Of a stretch of DNA of 64,000 nt, positions 29,518 to 38,671 are shown one piece after another. The stretch comes from Treponemataceae bacterium (GTDB taxonomy: Bacteria; Spirochaetota; Spirochaetia; Treponematales; Rectinemataceae). The first letter of the stretch is position 1; each line of letters starts with the position of its first letter. The stretch lies in contig CAXXVZ010000002.1 in the NCBI GenBank assembly GCA_963678065.2, positions 1 to 64,000 on the forward strand, given 5' to 3'. Both the position numbers and the translations under genes were made by a program. The notes below the pieces were generated by a model. It was not told the DNA's origin and ran no database searches. It saw nothing but the letters and a program-made list of their open reading frames with translations.

Positions 29518-31281
29518 ATGATGAAGAAAACCGCATTTGCATTGATTGCCGCACTGCTTTTCGCATCGTCGATATCCGCTCTGGATATCCAGAAATTCCC
29601 TAAAATCGGGGATATGTACAAAATGCTGGACCCCGCCGATCCCTACAAAACGGTCATCAGCGGCCTGTTCCGCCAGACCGTAAAAGTCGGGACCGTCGAG
29701 CGCTCCTTCCTCGTCTATATCGCGAAGGACAACGCCCAGTACCAGCCCTACCTCGTCATCGTCCCGGATGCAGGTCAGAATCCAGTCGAGACGCTCGAGA
29801 AGAGCGGCTGGAAGGAGATCGCCGACGCCAACGGCATGATCCTCATCGTCGCCGAAAGTCCCGACGGAAAGTGGGACCGCGCCAGGGACCTCGTGTATCT
29901 GGAAAGCATGTATTCCCTCAGCCATACCCGCAACTGGTACAATGTCCAGAAGGGCAACAACTACCTGGCGGGCTACGGAAACGGCGCCGCGCTCGCGCAG
30001 GCCTGGGCTATGAAAAAGCCGGCCAATTTCTGCTCTTTCGCCACCTTCGGCGATTTTTCCATCGACCAGAAGTACATGACGGATTCAGGCAGCGCCCCTT
30101 CCGAGCTCCGCTACATCCCCATGCGCGAAGTTCCGATGCCGGTGTGGATGTTCGTGCCCTCGATGACGGGCGCGGTGCAATCCGCGCTCGATTATTGGAA
30201 ATATTCCAACAAGGCCGAAGGCGAAGCCCTCTCCGATGCCAACGCGACAGGTATTTTCCTGGCCAAGACCAACGGGATCGACAGCCTCATCGACGAACAG
30301 GATCTGCTCGCGCAGACGAGGTATACGGTGACCGCGGACGCGGCCGCCTGGAATCCCGGCAGGGCAGCGGCCGTATGGAAGTTCCTCTCCAGCGTCATCA
30401 GGCCCGTCGCCCTGGCGAACAACGACCTCCGCGCCGCGCGTTCCACCGAAGACTGGGGCGCCGTCCGCAGGACGCTCACGATAGACGGCTACAGCCGCTA
30501 CTGGATCGAGTTCGTTCCCAAACAGCTGCGCACGACAGTCGCGGGGAAGGCGCCTCTCGTCGTCTATTGCCACGGCGTCAACAACACGGCCGAAGCGATC
30601 GTCGACCGAACCGAGATGATCAAGTGCGCCAACGAGCGCGGCTTCATCGTCGTGTTCCCCACGGGTTCGCTCTTCAACAGCGACAGCCAGTTCCCGAATC
30701 CGGGCTGGAACCTTCTCGAGGATCCGAAACTCTTCGACGACTATACGTTCATAAAGGCGATGGTTTCCGAGGTCGCTGCACGATTGCCCGTCGACAGGAG
30801 CCGGATCTACATGAGCGGGCAATCCTACGGATCGATGGCCACCATGGCGATGTCGCTGAGGATGAACGATATCTTCGCGGCCGGCGCTTCGACCGCGGCC
30901 CTCCTTGCCGGTCCCCATGCCGAACTCTACAAATCCGCGAAGATCCTTCAGGGCAATAAAATGCCGATTTACTACATAGCCGGCGAACGCGACAATCCCG
31001 ACTCCATCGATCCGAAAAACATCGAACTCAACATGAGCTACTGGATCCAGCGCGACGGCGCCGGCGACTATGCCAGGCCCTCCGCGTACAAGGACGGCCG
31101 CTACAACATCAGGGCCTGGCTCGACGCCGACGGCGTGCCTCTCGTGCAGTGCGCCATCGTCGACGAGAAGCCACACACACCGCTTCCGATGGACAACTAC
31201 ATCATGTACGACACCTTCCTCTCCAAATACTCGAGGGGCGAGGACGGAACGCTGTACTACATGGGCGCGGCCGTCAAATAA
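29518..31281 (+). CDS. Secreted double-domain alpha/beta hydrolase (PHB-depolymerase/LpqC-like esterase) 1
   Basis: Signal peptide; C-domain PLVVYCHG, GFIVVFP, RIYMSGQSYGS, late His (KPH); N-domain equivalent GYGNG. Confidence 0.8.
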   Translation: MMKKTAFALIAALLFASSISALDIQKFPKIGDMYKMLDPADPYKTVISGLFRQTVKVGTVERSFLVYIAKDNAQYQPYLVIVPDAGQNPVETLEKSGWKEIADANGMILIVAESPDGKWDRARDLVYLESMYSLSHTRNWYNVQKGNNYLAGYGNGAALAQAWAMKKPANFCSFATFGDFSIDQKYMTDSGSAPSELRYIPMREVPMPVWMFVPSMTGAVQSALDYWKYSNKAEGEALSDANATGIFLAKTNGIDSLIDEQDLLAQTRYTVTADAAAWNPGRAAAVWKFLSSVIRPVALANNDLRAARSTEDWGAVRRTLTIDGYSRYWIEFVPKQLRTTVAGKAPLVVYCHGVNNTAEAIVDRTEMIKCANERGFIVVFPTGSLFNSDSQFPNPGWNLLEDPKLFDDYTFIKAMVSEVAARLPVDRSRIYMSGQSYGSMATMAMSLRMNDIFAAGASTAALLAGPHAELYKSAKILQGNKMPIYYIAGERDNPDSIDPKNIELNMSYWIQRDGAGDYARPSAYKDGRYNIRAWLDADGVPLVQCAIVDEKPHTPLPMDNYIMYDTFLSKYSRGEDGTLYYMGAAVK

Positions 31282-31341
31282 GCGCACAACCAATCGGGAA
31301 ATAATGCATGGAGCGCCGTACCGGCACGGCCGGCGCTCCGG

Positions 31342-31480
31342 AATGAACGAACCCCGGAGCAGAGCTCCGAGGTATCGTTCGTTCTGTAAGGAATGGATTG
31401 TATGCGGGTCCATACCCGATAGGCACCTCACAAGAAGAGCGAAGCAGGACTTCGGGGTATGGACCCGCATGCGAATCAAA
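31342..31480 (+). repeat. 139-bp two-hairpin dispersed element, copy 1
   Basis: Near-identical to 49807-49945; stems GAACGAAC/GTTCGTTC and TGCGGGTCCATACCC/GGGTATGGACCCGCA. Confidence 0.92.
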
Positions 31481-31496
31481 TGATAAAGGAGCAAAC

Positions 31497-33302
31497 ATGA
31501 AAAGCATCAAGAAGGCGCTCTGCGTTCTTCTCCTCCTCGCCTCGGCCTGCGCCTCATACGCGGCAGGTGCGGGAGCCTTCGCGGCTAAAACCGGGATCCA
31601 GAAATTCCCGGCGATCGGGGCGCTCTACGACAAGCTCGATCTCTCCGATCCATACAAGACGGTCGTGTCGGGGCTTTTCAGGCAGGACCTGAACCTCAAG
31701 ACCGAGACGAGGTCCTTCCTCGTGTACGTCGCGGCCAACAATCACCAGGCTGAATCCTACGTCTGCATCATCCCCGATTCCCGGCAGGATCCCCGGCAGG
31801 CGCTCGAGCTCAACGGCTGGAAGGAGATCGCCGACGCCAACGGGCTCGTCCTCGTCATCATGGAGCCGAAGAGCGGAGGCTGGGACATCGAGAAGGATAT
31901 GACCTACCTGAGTACGATGTACTCCCAGAGCAGACTCAGGCAGTGGTACAACGTCCAGAAGGGCAACAGCTATCTGGTCGGCTACGGCGACGGCGCCACC
32001 CTCGCTCAGGCCTGGGCCATGCGCGCGCCGGCGAACTTCGCCTCCGTCGCGACCTTCGGACCGGTCTCTCTCGGCGTGGATTTCATCGCTTCCGCGGCGG
32101 CCGCGAAGACGGAGAGCCCCCTCGTCAGGAACAACGAGATTCCCCTTCCGATGTGGATGTTCGTCGAGTCCTGCGGCGTCCCGGAGCGCAGGGTCTTCGA
32201 GTACTGGAAGACGGCGAACCAGGCCGACGGGACGCAGGTCTTCAGGAACGACGACGTGAGCGAGCTCTATCTCGCAAAGCCGAATGCCCTCTCCACCTTC
32301 GTCGACGAAGTGGACATGATCGCGCAGACACGCCTCAGTGTCGCCCCGAATGCGCTCGCCGACGACGCGGAAAGGACGAAGAAAGTCTGGGGCTTCCTCT
32401 CCTCCGTGACGAGGACGGGCGGCATCATCAATTCCGACCTTCGCCCGGCATACACGCTGCAGGATTGGAAGGCGACGAAACAGACCATACAGATCGATGG
32501 CGTCACGCGGCAATGGTTCGAATTCGTGCCCGCCCAGCTCCACAACGCCGTGAATGGTAAAGTGCCTCTCGTCGTCGCGATGCACGGCTCGAGCACGACA
32601 GCCGACGCTTTCCTCTGGCGCTCGGAGTGGATCAAGCTGGCGAACGAGCGCGGGTTCATCGTCGTGTTCCCGGCCGCTTCGTTCAACAAGGATGACAAGG
32701 CCATGCCCAGGCCGAACTGGAATATCGCCGGGGACAAGACCAATTTCGACGACTACAAATTCCTGCGCGGCATGATCGCCGAAGTTTCGAAACGTCTGCC
32801 GGCCGACCCTTCCAGAGTGTACGCGACCGGACAGTCCATGGGCTTCATGACCAGCCTGGCCATCGCCCTCCGGCTGGACGACCTCGTCACCGCGATTGCC
32901 GGCGAGACGGGTTTTCTTCTCACCGACAAGGCAGGAGCTCCCTACTACACTTCCGAATATGCCAAGCATACGGGCAAAATCCCCGTCTTCGTCATCATCG
33001 GCCAGAATGACATGCCGGATTTCCTTTCGGAGCCCACGAAGAAGATCAACCTGGAGTACTGGATCCGCAGGGACGCAGCAGGCGAGTACGAGGCGCCCTT
33101 CGGCAGCTATGTCGACGGCCGCTATCGCATAACCTCCTGGGCGGACCGGAACAACATTCCCCTCGTTCAGTACGCCTTCGAGCTGGAGCGGCCGCACGCG
33201 CCTGTCCCCTCCGACAACACGATGCTCTACGACGGATTCCTGTCCAAGTGGAGCCGCGGTTCCGACGGCACGCTCTATTACATGGGAAAAGCGATACAAT
33301 AG
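31497..33302 (+). CDS. Secreted double-domain alpha/beta hydrolase (PHB-depolymerase/LpqC-like esterase) 2
   Basis: Paralogue of 29518-31281; PLVVAMHG, RVYATGQSMG, RPH; N-domain GYGDG. Confidence 0.8.
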   Translation: MKSIKKALCVLLLLASACASYAAGAGAFAAKTGIQKFPAIGALYDKLDLSDPYKTVVSGLFRQDLNLKTETRSFLVYVAANNHQAESYVCIIPDSRQDPRQALELNGWKEIADANGLVLVIMEPKSGGWDIEKDMTYLSTMYSQSRLRQWYNVQKGNSYLVGYGDGATLAQAWAMRAPANFASVATFGPVSLGVDFIASAAAAKTESPLVRNNEIPLPMWMFVESCGVPERRVFEYWKTANQADGTQVFRNDDVSELYLAKPNALSTFVDEVDMIAQTRLSVAPNALADDAERTKKVWGFLSSVTRTGGIINSDLRPAYTLQDWKATKQTIQIDGVTRQWFEFVPAQLHNAVNGKVPLVVAMHGSSTTADAFLWRSEWIKLANERGFIVVFPAASFNKDDKAMPRPNWNIAGDKTNFDDYKFLRGMIAEVSKRLPADPSRVYATGQSMGFMTSLAIALRLDDLVTAIAGETGFLLTDKAGAPYYTSEYAKHTGKIPVFVIIGQNDMPDFLSEPTKKINLEYWIRRDAAGEYEAPFGSYVDGRYRITSWADRNNIPLVQYAFELERPHAPVPSDNTMLYDGFLSKWSRGSDGTLYYMGKAIQ

Positions 33303-33313
33303 ATCGCCGCGGT

Positions 33314-33343
33314 CGGGGCTCCGGAAATGGGGCCCCGTTTTTA
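33314..33343 (+). terminator. Rho-independent terminator
   Basis: CGGGGCTCC-ggaaat-GGGGCCCCG-TTTTT. Confidence 0.75.
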
Positions 33344-33539
33344 TCCGCAGGAATTGCAAAAAATGGCAAAACGACGGCGGCTGGCTACGCTCTGCGAGCC
33401 CAGCGAAGTTGACGACACAGGGACAATGCCTTGCATCATGTGTTGCAGTGCCACAGGTGATGCACATCACTGCACGTGTCATGATTCATCTTCATATCGA
33501 TAAATATCTACTGCAATGTGAAATATCAAATCAGGACAG

Positions 33540-33556
33540 TTGGCATGATGTTTGCA
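33540..33556 (+). promoter_or_regulatory. sigma54 (-24/-12) promoter of MBL-fold gene
   Basis: TTGGCATGATGTTTGCA (GG-N10-GC) preceded by an AT-rich tract. Confidence 0.8.
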
Positions 33557-33594
33557 TTACGATGATGTGAAAAACGCATCAGGAGGTTCCTACC

Positions 33595-35829
33595 ATGAAA
33601 AGAGGTCTGGTTCTGCTTCTCGCATCGCTCCTCGCGGCCACGGTCGCCGCGACCCAGGGCTTTGCCGCCGGGGCTGCGGCCGGAGCTGTCGCTCCCGCAG
33701 TATTCGACGGGCTCGTAATAGGCGTACCCTCGCTCGCGATTGCGGGCGGAAAAACGGTCATCACGGTCGAAATGCTCACCCAGGGCAAGAAGATGAAGCT
33801 CTCGACACAGGCGATGGAAGCCGACACGGCGAAAGCGGTCGCATCCACTCTCGTGAAGGGCAATCTCGTCGACTATCGCATGGCCGATGGCCTCGTCCTC
33901 GTCGCCGGAAACCCTTCCGGGACCTTCAACATGATCCTCGCGAAGGACGCCAAGGACAATGGACCCCTTGCCATGAAATTCGGACCCGCGCAGTTCGATT
34001 CCATGAAATATGGTCCCGAGATGCCGCCTGACAATGGCGTCGCGGGCAACATGGTCGCGGCGGGCTGGATATATGGAAAGACGGGCGGAACGATCACGGT
34101 GGGAGATGGCAGGATCGTCAGCGAAGACATCGCGGGTCGGGCACTCCCAAAACCTGTCAAACGCTATGAAGAGGTCTACAATCTCGCACGGGACGTGGCA
34201 GTCTACAATGTAAACACCGCGGATTACAGCAGTTCCAGCGTATCGGACCTCGCTTCGCTTCCCGTCACGCCGGACTACAATTACGCGACAACGAAGCGAC
34301 CGGCCGCATATGTGGTCTTCGATAAAAACTACAGAGAGGCCGCATCGGCAAAAGCGGTTTCCGTCTACTATTTCACTCCGCTGTCCGTTTCCGACGGGCG
34401 ACCCGTGTGGGACGTACCGACCCAGAGCTACCTGCTCAAGGATAAAGGCATCGATCCGGTATCGGGAAAAACGTACGTCTCGATACTTGCGACTGGTGTC
34501 GCCGAGGCTCCCTACACGCGCAGCACCGAACCCTTCGAGATCGTCAAGAACACATTCTGGTTCGTCGGCGACAACGAGGTCGCCGTCTACCTCTTCAACG
34601 CCGACATGGGCACCGCCGACGTGGCCGACGACAGGCTAATCATGCTCGACGCGGGCTGGGTGAACAGCGGATACCAGTACTGGAAGAACATCGAGGCTGT
34701 CGGATTCGATCCCCGGAAAGTCACCGACATCATGCTGACCCACGGACACGCCGACCATTACGGCACGGCGATGGAACTCGTCACCATGATCGAGAATGCC
34801 GGAGGCTCCGTGAGGATGTTCGGAACCGCGGAAGACACATACGGAATCAGCGTCGACGCGCTCGGAAACCCCTGGAAAATCTCAGGAGCGCTGCCCGATG
34901 TCGAGACGGAGATCAGGAGAAGGACGATACCCTACACGTACGACACATACATGGACTTCGGCAACGTCCAGATCCTCGTCACACCCACTCCAGGCCACAC
35001 GCCCGGCACCGGCTCCTTCATCTTCAGGACAAAAAACCCGGATACCGGAGCCTGGCTGAGTTTCGGCTACATGGGAGGATACGGTTACAACGGGCTCTAC
35101 ACCCCCACCGCGGATAACGGTTACCTGAGACTCTCCTTCCAGCTCGGCCTCGCATGGCTGCAGCAGATGGTGGATGTCGACTACGTCGCTCCGCAGCACA
35201 CGAATCAGTACCCGATCGTCGAAGTGTACCAGGCCCTGAAAGCCTACAACAACGATCCGGCCAACTCAGGCAAACCGCTGACCATGCTGGATGCCATGAC
35301 GAAAAACGAGTTCATCAATTTCTGCGAGAAACGGTATTCAGTCGCCACCAACGCCCTGAGCGACCTCAAGGACAAGAGGTACAAGAGCATCGAGACTTCC
35401 GGCCCCTTCAAGCCCTGGAGAGAATACGGACTCCACGAAGTGAAGGCCACGCTCCTGGATGGCGGCAAGATCATCCAGGGATTCAACGGCTTCCAGAATG
35501 TCGTGCCACAGATTCCCCTTCTCAAGGACGGCATCCAGATCATCACGGATTCCTACACGCACGACCCCGAGGGATGGTATGTGCAGTTCTTCATCGATGT
35601 GCTCGACGGCTACGGCGGATTCCTCCCTGGCTCGGGACCTGTCGAATCCTATCGCCCAACCCCCGGAGCCCCTGAAATCCTCAGGACCCAGAGACTCGGC
35701 TCAAAGGCAGAGGCCGAGGCGATCCTGAAAACCGTGCACAAAGGCGGGACATACTACATCGACCTGACCAAGGCGAGCGCGATCATCGTTCCGAAGAACA
35801 TTGTCGAGACATTCAAGGAAGTGAAGTAA
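33595..35829 (+). CDS. Large secreted metallo-beta-lactamase-fold hydrolase
   Basis: AGGAGG RBS; signal peptide; LDAGW, THGHADHYG, TPGHTPG, PQH. Confidence 0.82.
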   Translation: MKRGLVLLLASLLAATVAATQGFAAGAAAGAVAPAVFDGLVIGVPSLAIAGGKTVITVEMLTQGKKMKLSTQAMEADTAKAVASTLVKGNLVDYRMADGLVLVAGNPSGTFNMILAKDAKDNGPLAMKFGPAQFDSMKYGPEMPPDNGVAGNMVAAGWIYGKTGGTITVGDGRIVSEDIAGRALPKPVKRYEEVYNLARDVAVYNVNTADYSSSSVSDLASLPVTPDYNYATTKRPAAYVVFDKNYREAASAKAVSVYYFTPLSVSDGRPVWDVPTQSYLLKDKGIDPVSGKTYVSILATGVAEAPYTRSTEPFEIVKNTFWFVGDNEVAVYLFNADMGTADVADDRLIMLDAGWVNSGYQYWKNIEAVGFDPRKVTDIMLTHGHADHYGTAMELVTMIENAGGSVRMFGTAEDTYGISVDALGNPWKISGALPDVETEIRRRTIPYTYDTYMDFGNVQILVTPTPGHTPGTGSFIFRTKNPDTGAWLSFGYMGGYGYNGLYTPTADNGYLRLSFQLGLAWLQQMVDVDYVAPQHTNQYPIVEVYQALKAYNNDPANSGKPLTMLDAMTKNEFINFCEKRYSVATNALSDLKDKRYKSIETSGPFKPWREYGLHEVKATLLDGGKIIQGFNGFQNVVPQIPLLKDGIQIITDSYTHDPEGWYVQFFIDVLDGYGGFLPGSGPVESYRPTPGAPEILRTQRLGSKAEAEAILKTVHKGGTYYIDLTKASAIIVPKNIVETFKEVK

Positions 35830-35964
35830 AAACCGTTCGGCCCCTCCAGGAGCCGGACGAAAGCCGCGGGCGGGTCGCCCGTCGCTGCCTGAAAATCGGG
35901 GCCATGGAGACTACCTTTCAGGTGAAGCCTGCAGCCTTTCCGTGATTCATGATATGATGGGAGC

Positions 35965-38118
35965 ATGGCGATTTTGGAAACAGGTCAGCGGAATATACGG
36001 ACAGGCGGCTCCGCCAAGATCGTCTTCATCGCCCCCTACGAGGAGATCTTTGCGATAGGATCGCGCCTGATCGTCGAAATGGGGCTTTCGGACAGAGTCG
36101 AAATATACCCCGGCCTCCACTCGCAGGGACTGGAACTGGCGCGCAGGGCCGAGTCTGAGGGTGCAGACCTCATCATCACCCGCGGCGGCACGGCCGAACT
36201 CATCGTAAAGTCCGGCGTGCAGGTGCCTGTAATCGAAATTCCCCTCACCGTACGCGATCTCGCTGATATCCTCCTCGACGCGCGCAAGGCTTCGGGCGTG
36301 GCCGACCCCCGCGTCGCCCTCATCGCCTACCGGAACATGATGCAGCACCTGGAAACCCTGTCGCGGATGATGGACATGCGTCTCGAGGTATACGAGCTCG
36401 TTTCGGAATCCGACATCTCGCCGGCAGTGGAGAAGGCCTGGCACTCCGGCGCCGATGTCGTGATCGGCGGCATCACAACGACGAGCCTCGCGGCTGCCCG
36501 CGGGATGAAGACCGTCATTCTCGCCTCGGGCGAAGACTCCTGCCGCGAGTCCCTGCTGCAGGCCATCAAAATGTCCCAGGTCATGTCGCAGGAGAAAGAA
36601 CGGCTCCAGAAGTTCCGCGTCCTCGTCGAATACTCCGTCCAGGGGATAATCGGCACAGGGGGCGATGGCAGGATCACAGTGTTCAACGAGTCCGCGGAAA
36701 AACTTCTCGCGCGGCGGGCGGCCGATGTCATGGACCGCGATATCGACGAGGTCCTGCCCGAGATACCGGTTGCCCTGGCGATGGCGAGCGGGAAAGCGAT
36801 CCTCGGCCAGCTCGTGCGCATCGAAACGCACCGCTTCATGGCGAACATCGTGCCCATCGACGTGGGAAAATCGCTCGCGGGCGCGATGATAACCATAGAG
36901 GACGTGGGGCAGATTCTGAAGATGGAGGCCAAAGTCCGCTCCGCCCTCTACAGCCGCGGCCTCTGCGCCGAATACAAATTTTCAGATATCTTCGGCACTT
37001 CGCCCCGGATACTGGAGGCGAGACGCATCGCGGCGGAGTATGCGGCGACCGATTCGACCATTCTGATTTACGGCGAGTCGGGCACCGGCAAGGAACTCTT
37101 TGCCCAGGGCATCCACAACGCGGGAAAACGCTCGGCCGGTCCCTTCGTCGCGGTGAACTGCGGCGCCATACCTTCGAGCCTGCTCGAAAGCGAACTTTTC
37201 GGCTACGAGGAGGGGGCCTTCACCGGGGCGAACCGCAAAGGGAAACCGGGGCTGTTCGAGCTGGCCCACGGCGGCACGATCTTCCTGGACGAGATAAGCG
37301 AGCTGGACAAACTGGCCCAGACCAGCCTTCTGCGCGTCATACAGGAAAGGCGCGTGATGCGCCTCGGAGGCGACAAATTCCTCCCGGTGGACGTGCGCAT
37401 AATCACGGCGACGAACAAAAACCTGGCTGCCCTCATCCGTGAAGGCAAATTTCGCGAGGACCTCTACTACCGGATCAACGTCCTGCCCCTGGATCTTCCG
37501 CCACTGCGCGACCGCGCCAGCGATTCGCTGGCGATCGCGGCCCATTATCTTGCCGAATACAACGAGCGTTACAGCAGGAAATCCCGGCTCAGTCCCGCGG
37601 CCCGCGAGTTCATCGAGAAGTACAGCTGGCCGGGCAACCTCCGCCAGCTCCGCAATTACATCGAGCGGCTCGTCGTGACAGGCAAGGACGACCTCGTGGA
37701 GGTACCGCTCAGAGTGGAGGATGACAGGCCGTGGGCAAGCGTCGAGTCACCGGCTCCTGCCTCATCGGATACGGCGGGCTCATCTGCATCCGATGCCTCC
37801 GCGGTACCCGCTGCATCCTCTGTCAGGTCGGCTTCGTCCGCGCGGAGGATGAAGTCCCGGACTCCGCCCGATCCCCGCAAAGCAGCTGTCGGAGAATCTG
37901 CGGGACAGGCATCGCCGCCCCTCGACCCCTCTGACCTGTCCTGCCTGACGCATGCCGCACGCGAATCATTGTCCGAGAAAGAACACATCATCGAGGTGCT
38001 CGCCCTGACCGGTTACAACCAGAAGGAAGCGTCAAAACTTCTCGGAATCGACAGAAGCACGCTCTTCAGGAAAATGAAGGCCATGAACCTAGAAGTGCGC
38101 AAGTCCTGTGCGGACTGA
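35965..38118 (+). CDS. sigma54-dependent activator, PrpR-like (sensor, PAS, AAA+, Fis-type HTH)
   Basis: IITRGGTA N-domain; GESGTGKE, GAFTGA, FLDEI, WPGNLRQL, LGIDRSTLFRK. Confidence 0.92.
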   Translation: MAILETGQRNIRTGGSAKIVFIAPYEEIFAIGSRLIVEMGLSDRVEIYPGLHSQGLELARRAESEGADLIITRGGTAELIVKSGVQVPVIEIPLTVRDLADILLDARKASGVADPRVALIAYRNMMQHLETLSRMMDMRLEVYELVSESDISPAVEKAWHSGADVVIGGITTTSLAAARGMKTVILASGEDSCRESLLQAIKMSQVMSQEKERLQKFRVLVEYSVQGIIGTGGDGRITVFNESAEKLLARRAADVMDRDIDEVLPEIPVALAMASGKAILGQLVRIETHRFMANIVPIDVGKSLAGAMITIEDVGQILKMEAKVRSALYSRGLCAEYKFSDIFGTSPRILEARRIAAEYAATDSTILIYGESGTGKELFAQGIHNAGKRSAGPFVAVNCGAIPSSLLESELFGYEEGAFTGANRKGKPGLFELAHGGTIFLDEISELDKLAQTSLLRVIQERRVMRLGGDKFLPVDVRIITATNKNLAALIREGKFREDLYYRINVLPLDLPPLRDRASDSLAIAAHYLAEYNERYSRKSRLSPAAREFIEKYSWPGNLRQLRNYIERLVVTGKDDLVEVPLRVEDDRPWASVESPAPASSDTAGSSASDASAVPAASSVRSASSARRMKSRTPPDPRKAAVGESAGQASPPLDPSDLSCLTHAARESLSEKEHIIEVLALTGYNQKEASKLLGIDRSTLFRKMKAMNLEVRKSCAD

Positions 38119-38188
38119 AGGCCAGTCCGCCGAACTGCCTCCTGTGAGACCAAGACCGGAACCGGCCTTCCCCCCGCCCTGTCTCCCC

Positions 38189-38659
38189 CTACCCTATCGC
38201 CCTCGTCGCTATCACATCGATCCCCGTCCCGAGCGCATTCGCGATGATGATCTGCCCGCGCGCGACAGGCAGGGCGACTTCGGTTGCATAGATCATCCCC
38301 AGGAGCTCGTCGACCTTATGCCGCGGAAAGGCCGCGGTTGTGCGGCAGGAGACCCTGCGGGGACCCGAGAGCGAGTCGCCCGCGCGTCCGCCTGGAATCG
38401 CGCCCGGGCTGCGGGCGGGTGAGATGGAATCGGAACAGGCAGGACCGGCGCAATCGCGCACGAGGCGACAGGTGGCGGTGACAGTGCGTTTGGGGTCGAG
38501 CAGCTCTTCCTTCGCGTAGGCGACGCCGCGCGGACACCGGTTGCCGGTGATGACGAGTTCGCCGGATGGCTGTGCCGCTGATTCGGCCAAGGCCTCTGCG
38601 GCGCTGCGGATCGTGAGGTGGCAGCCCATGGGACAGGTAATGCAGACAAGCTCTTTCAT
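38189..38659 (-). CDS. DUF1667 family small CxxC protein (copy 2)
   Basis: MKELVCITCPMGC...GNRCPRG. Confidence 0.85.
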   Translation of the reverse strand: MKELVCITCPMGCHLTIRSAAEALAESAAQPSGELVITGNRCPRGVAYAKEELLDPKRTVTATCRLVRDCAGPACSDSISPARSPGAIPGGRAGDSLSGPRRVSCRTTAAFPRHKVDELLGMIYATEVALPVARGQIIIANALGTGIDVIATRAIG

Positions 38660-38671
38660 GGTCCGCCTCCT

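Noticed and set aside
33595..35829. Antibiotic-resistance metallo-beta-lactamase
   Set aside because: Size, extra domains and sigma54 catabolic context argue against it; the fold alone is not enough
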